Shown here: positions 61,997 to 64,000 of the stretch, in pieces
Numbering within the stretch: position 1 is the first letter of the stretch
How the letters are laid out: the number at the start of each line of letters is the position of its first letter
Assembly: GCF_964204865.1 (NCBI RefSeq)
Contig: NC_135257.1
Location: 12,090,001-12,154,000 of the forward strand
Source of the DNA: Styela clava
Lineage: Eukaryota
Direction of reading: 5' to 3'
DNA length: 64,000 nucleotides
Position numbers and translations under genes: made by a program
Notes under the pieces: generated by a model
What the model saw: only the letters and a program-made list of their open reading frames with translations
Told to the model about the DNA's origin: nothing
The model's database searches: none

Positions 61997-63689
61997 TCGC
62001 TCTCCAAATATTTGTATAAAACAGAAACTTGAATACAAGGTATATCATGCACGCACAATTTATTTTTTATTTTTTTGCGCTTGATGTATGCTGCAAAAAG
62101 TTGACAGTATGCTATTATCATTTTTTAGAAACATCCAAAGAGCAAAAACATGGAACTGACATAATGACAGTTTTTAATTATCTTCTACGTGCATACGTAC
62201 TATTTAAAATGTACAAATTTTAAAAAGCGATTTCCTTAAATCTGTCAATATGTATGAAATAATACTGAATGTCCCGTCAAGGTTTCTGTACGTAATAGTC
62301 GTGGTCGACATTAATAATTTTGAGAATACTTTCTGTCAAAGCACTCTAAGGGTACATTTCAAGGTTCATATAACACCAACAAAAAAATTGAGATTTCTTT
62401 GCAGATATCCTACTGCTTGGCATGGTATAAATATAATACAAAGGAACCATTTAGCTAGATTTATTCAAATTTGTTGAAAATGTAAAATCTTTTTTTTTTC
62501 CAAATTTAATAAAGCAAAGCATTCATAAACTGCATTTTTTTTAAATAGAGCATAAGTCACTGGATGTTCAGAATTCATACGATTGTTGCGAATCTCCTTT
62601 TTTAATCATAATAGGGTACCGATTACCGAGTATGTTCAGTCAGCTGTTTATCAGATTACAAACATTTTTCGTAATATCGTAAGTGACTTACCGAACTCTA
62701 TTTCCCAAATTTATCAAAATCATTCTACCCCGAAAAGTTTTCAATTGACCACTCTACTTGGTTGACCACTGCCCCTTATCCTTCTAAAATCACTAAAAAC
62801 CATTCTCAACGAAATTTCTACCAAAAAAGTTTTTTCAAATACTTCTGTCATGCAATGCAGTTGAGTTGCTGTTGATAATTACTGGAAAGAAGGAGAAGCA
62901 TTAGCTAAGTTTAGGACCCGAATAGTTTGACCACCCTGCCAAAAATCAAGCGCTATCCTGCATTAAAACTAGGAATATTGTATAAAGATTTGATACGACT
63001 AAGGAACTATTTGTAGGCATCACTACGATTGGAGTTCTAAAAATTGGACAATATTCGATTTCACTTATGAAATTGTGTCATATTCGTAACCAAGTGCTGC
63101 CCATATTCAGTCAACTTATATTCATGACCAACAACGTTTTGATGCCATTTCGAACGCATTGAAATTGAACCTTTCAGCTATATCGCACATATGAGATGTA
63201 TGTGTATGTAAGTATGTGAAAATGTTATATTATTTTTTTGAAAATAACTGAATTTAAGCAATAGATATATATTATATTTGTATACAAAATCGCTCCCGGA
63301 AAAAAGTTTATCGAATTTTTTACCAACAGTTAATTCAAAATATTGCAATAATTTTGAATGCTCAATTCTTTATGAGATCTCATATTCAAATATTATAATC
63401 AATTTCTTATCTATATATCAAAAATTCCACCCGCATAGGGACGGACAATTTATTTTTTGTTGAATCGTCCGTCAAATGCGGTTGGTGGTGCGAGAATCGA
63501 CTCTAGGAGACAAAGCCGCCTCCTTCGATATTATTTAAGTTGAGATGGTTCATGGACAATTATTTACAACCATGATATTAGTTTTATTAAGGCAACACTA
63601 AAGACATAAAAACATGTTGACCTATGTGGGCTGATATATATACTTTGCTGTTATTTATTGAATTTGTAAAAATAAAAAAAAAGACTAGT

Positions 63690-63929
63690 TCATATAGGCG
63701 AGCGTTCATCTTCCATAGAAAACGCCTGGTTTGTTTCGCCGTTTTCTTGCACTGCAACTCCCGGTAAGCTCCTCTCGGAATCTGAAAAATTGCTTTTTTG
63801 CGAAAATCCATTCGAATTCGGGTACGGTGGTGGATCAGGAGATGAAACGTCTCCATTTACTTTAGCTTCATCTACATTCAACGGGGAAATACTCTTCAGA
63901 CTAATGTCTTTTACTTTGACCGGCTTTTC
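63690..63929 (-). CDS. Last coding exon of a gene entering from the right edge (disordered tail with PPPY and NQAF motifs)
   Basis: Acceptor ataattccag| then 240-nt open frame EKPVKVKD...DPPPYP...TNQAFSMEDERSPI*. Confidence 0.6.
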   Translation of the reverse strand, partial: EKPVKVKDISLKSISPLNVDEAKVNGDVSSPDPPPYPNSNGFSQKSNFSDSERSLPGVAVQENGETNQAFSMEDERSPI

Positions 63930-64000
63930 CTGGAATTATAGTTTTATTTGTTAAGGAAAATAAAGGAAAAGGAATCGATTGTGAACTACTAAATAAATTT

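Noticed and set aside
61487-62084. Antisense and alternate-frame ORFs over the CUB gene tail, and similar ones over MED19, the adaptin gene and NDH-2
   Set aside because: Shadow frames of real coding sequence.

Overview
AT-rich eukaryotic (animal) genomic DNA with compact GT-AG intron genes. Unpaired 3' splice acceptors just upstream of most start codons, close same-strand gene spacing and a type-II NADH dehydrogenase point to a tunicate (ascidian); this is inference, not proof. Left part (1-18 kb): the 5' end of a membrane-protein gene, then a tight cluster in which three of four genes are flavin-related: FAD synthase (FLAD1, 13 exons, minus), head-to-head with ETF alpha (ETFA, 7 exons, plus), tail-to-tail with COMMD10 (5 exons, minus), which lies directly downstream of an intronless alternative NADH dehydrogenase (NDH-2, minus). 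Middle (18-47.5 kb): a transposon graveyard with a multi-level nest (pogo > Academ-like > palindromic element > hAT > MITE), SINEs, a tRNA-Gly pseudogene, a fragmented intronless USP deubiquitinase relic, a 1.6-kb hairpin element, a ~180-bp satellite array and a 5.25-kb Mutator/Rehavkus-like element with a 9-bp TSD. Right part (48-64 kb): intronless MED19 and an ear-less AP-4 beta-like gene (possible operon), a Merlin fragment, a six-exon CUB-domain type I membrane protein and the last exon of a minus-strand gene. Exon structures were assembled by hand and checked for frame consistency; no database searches were run.
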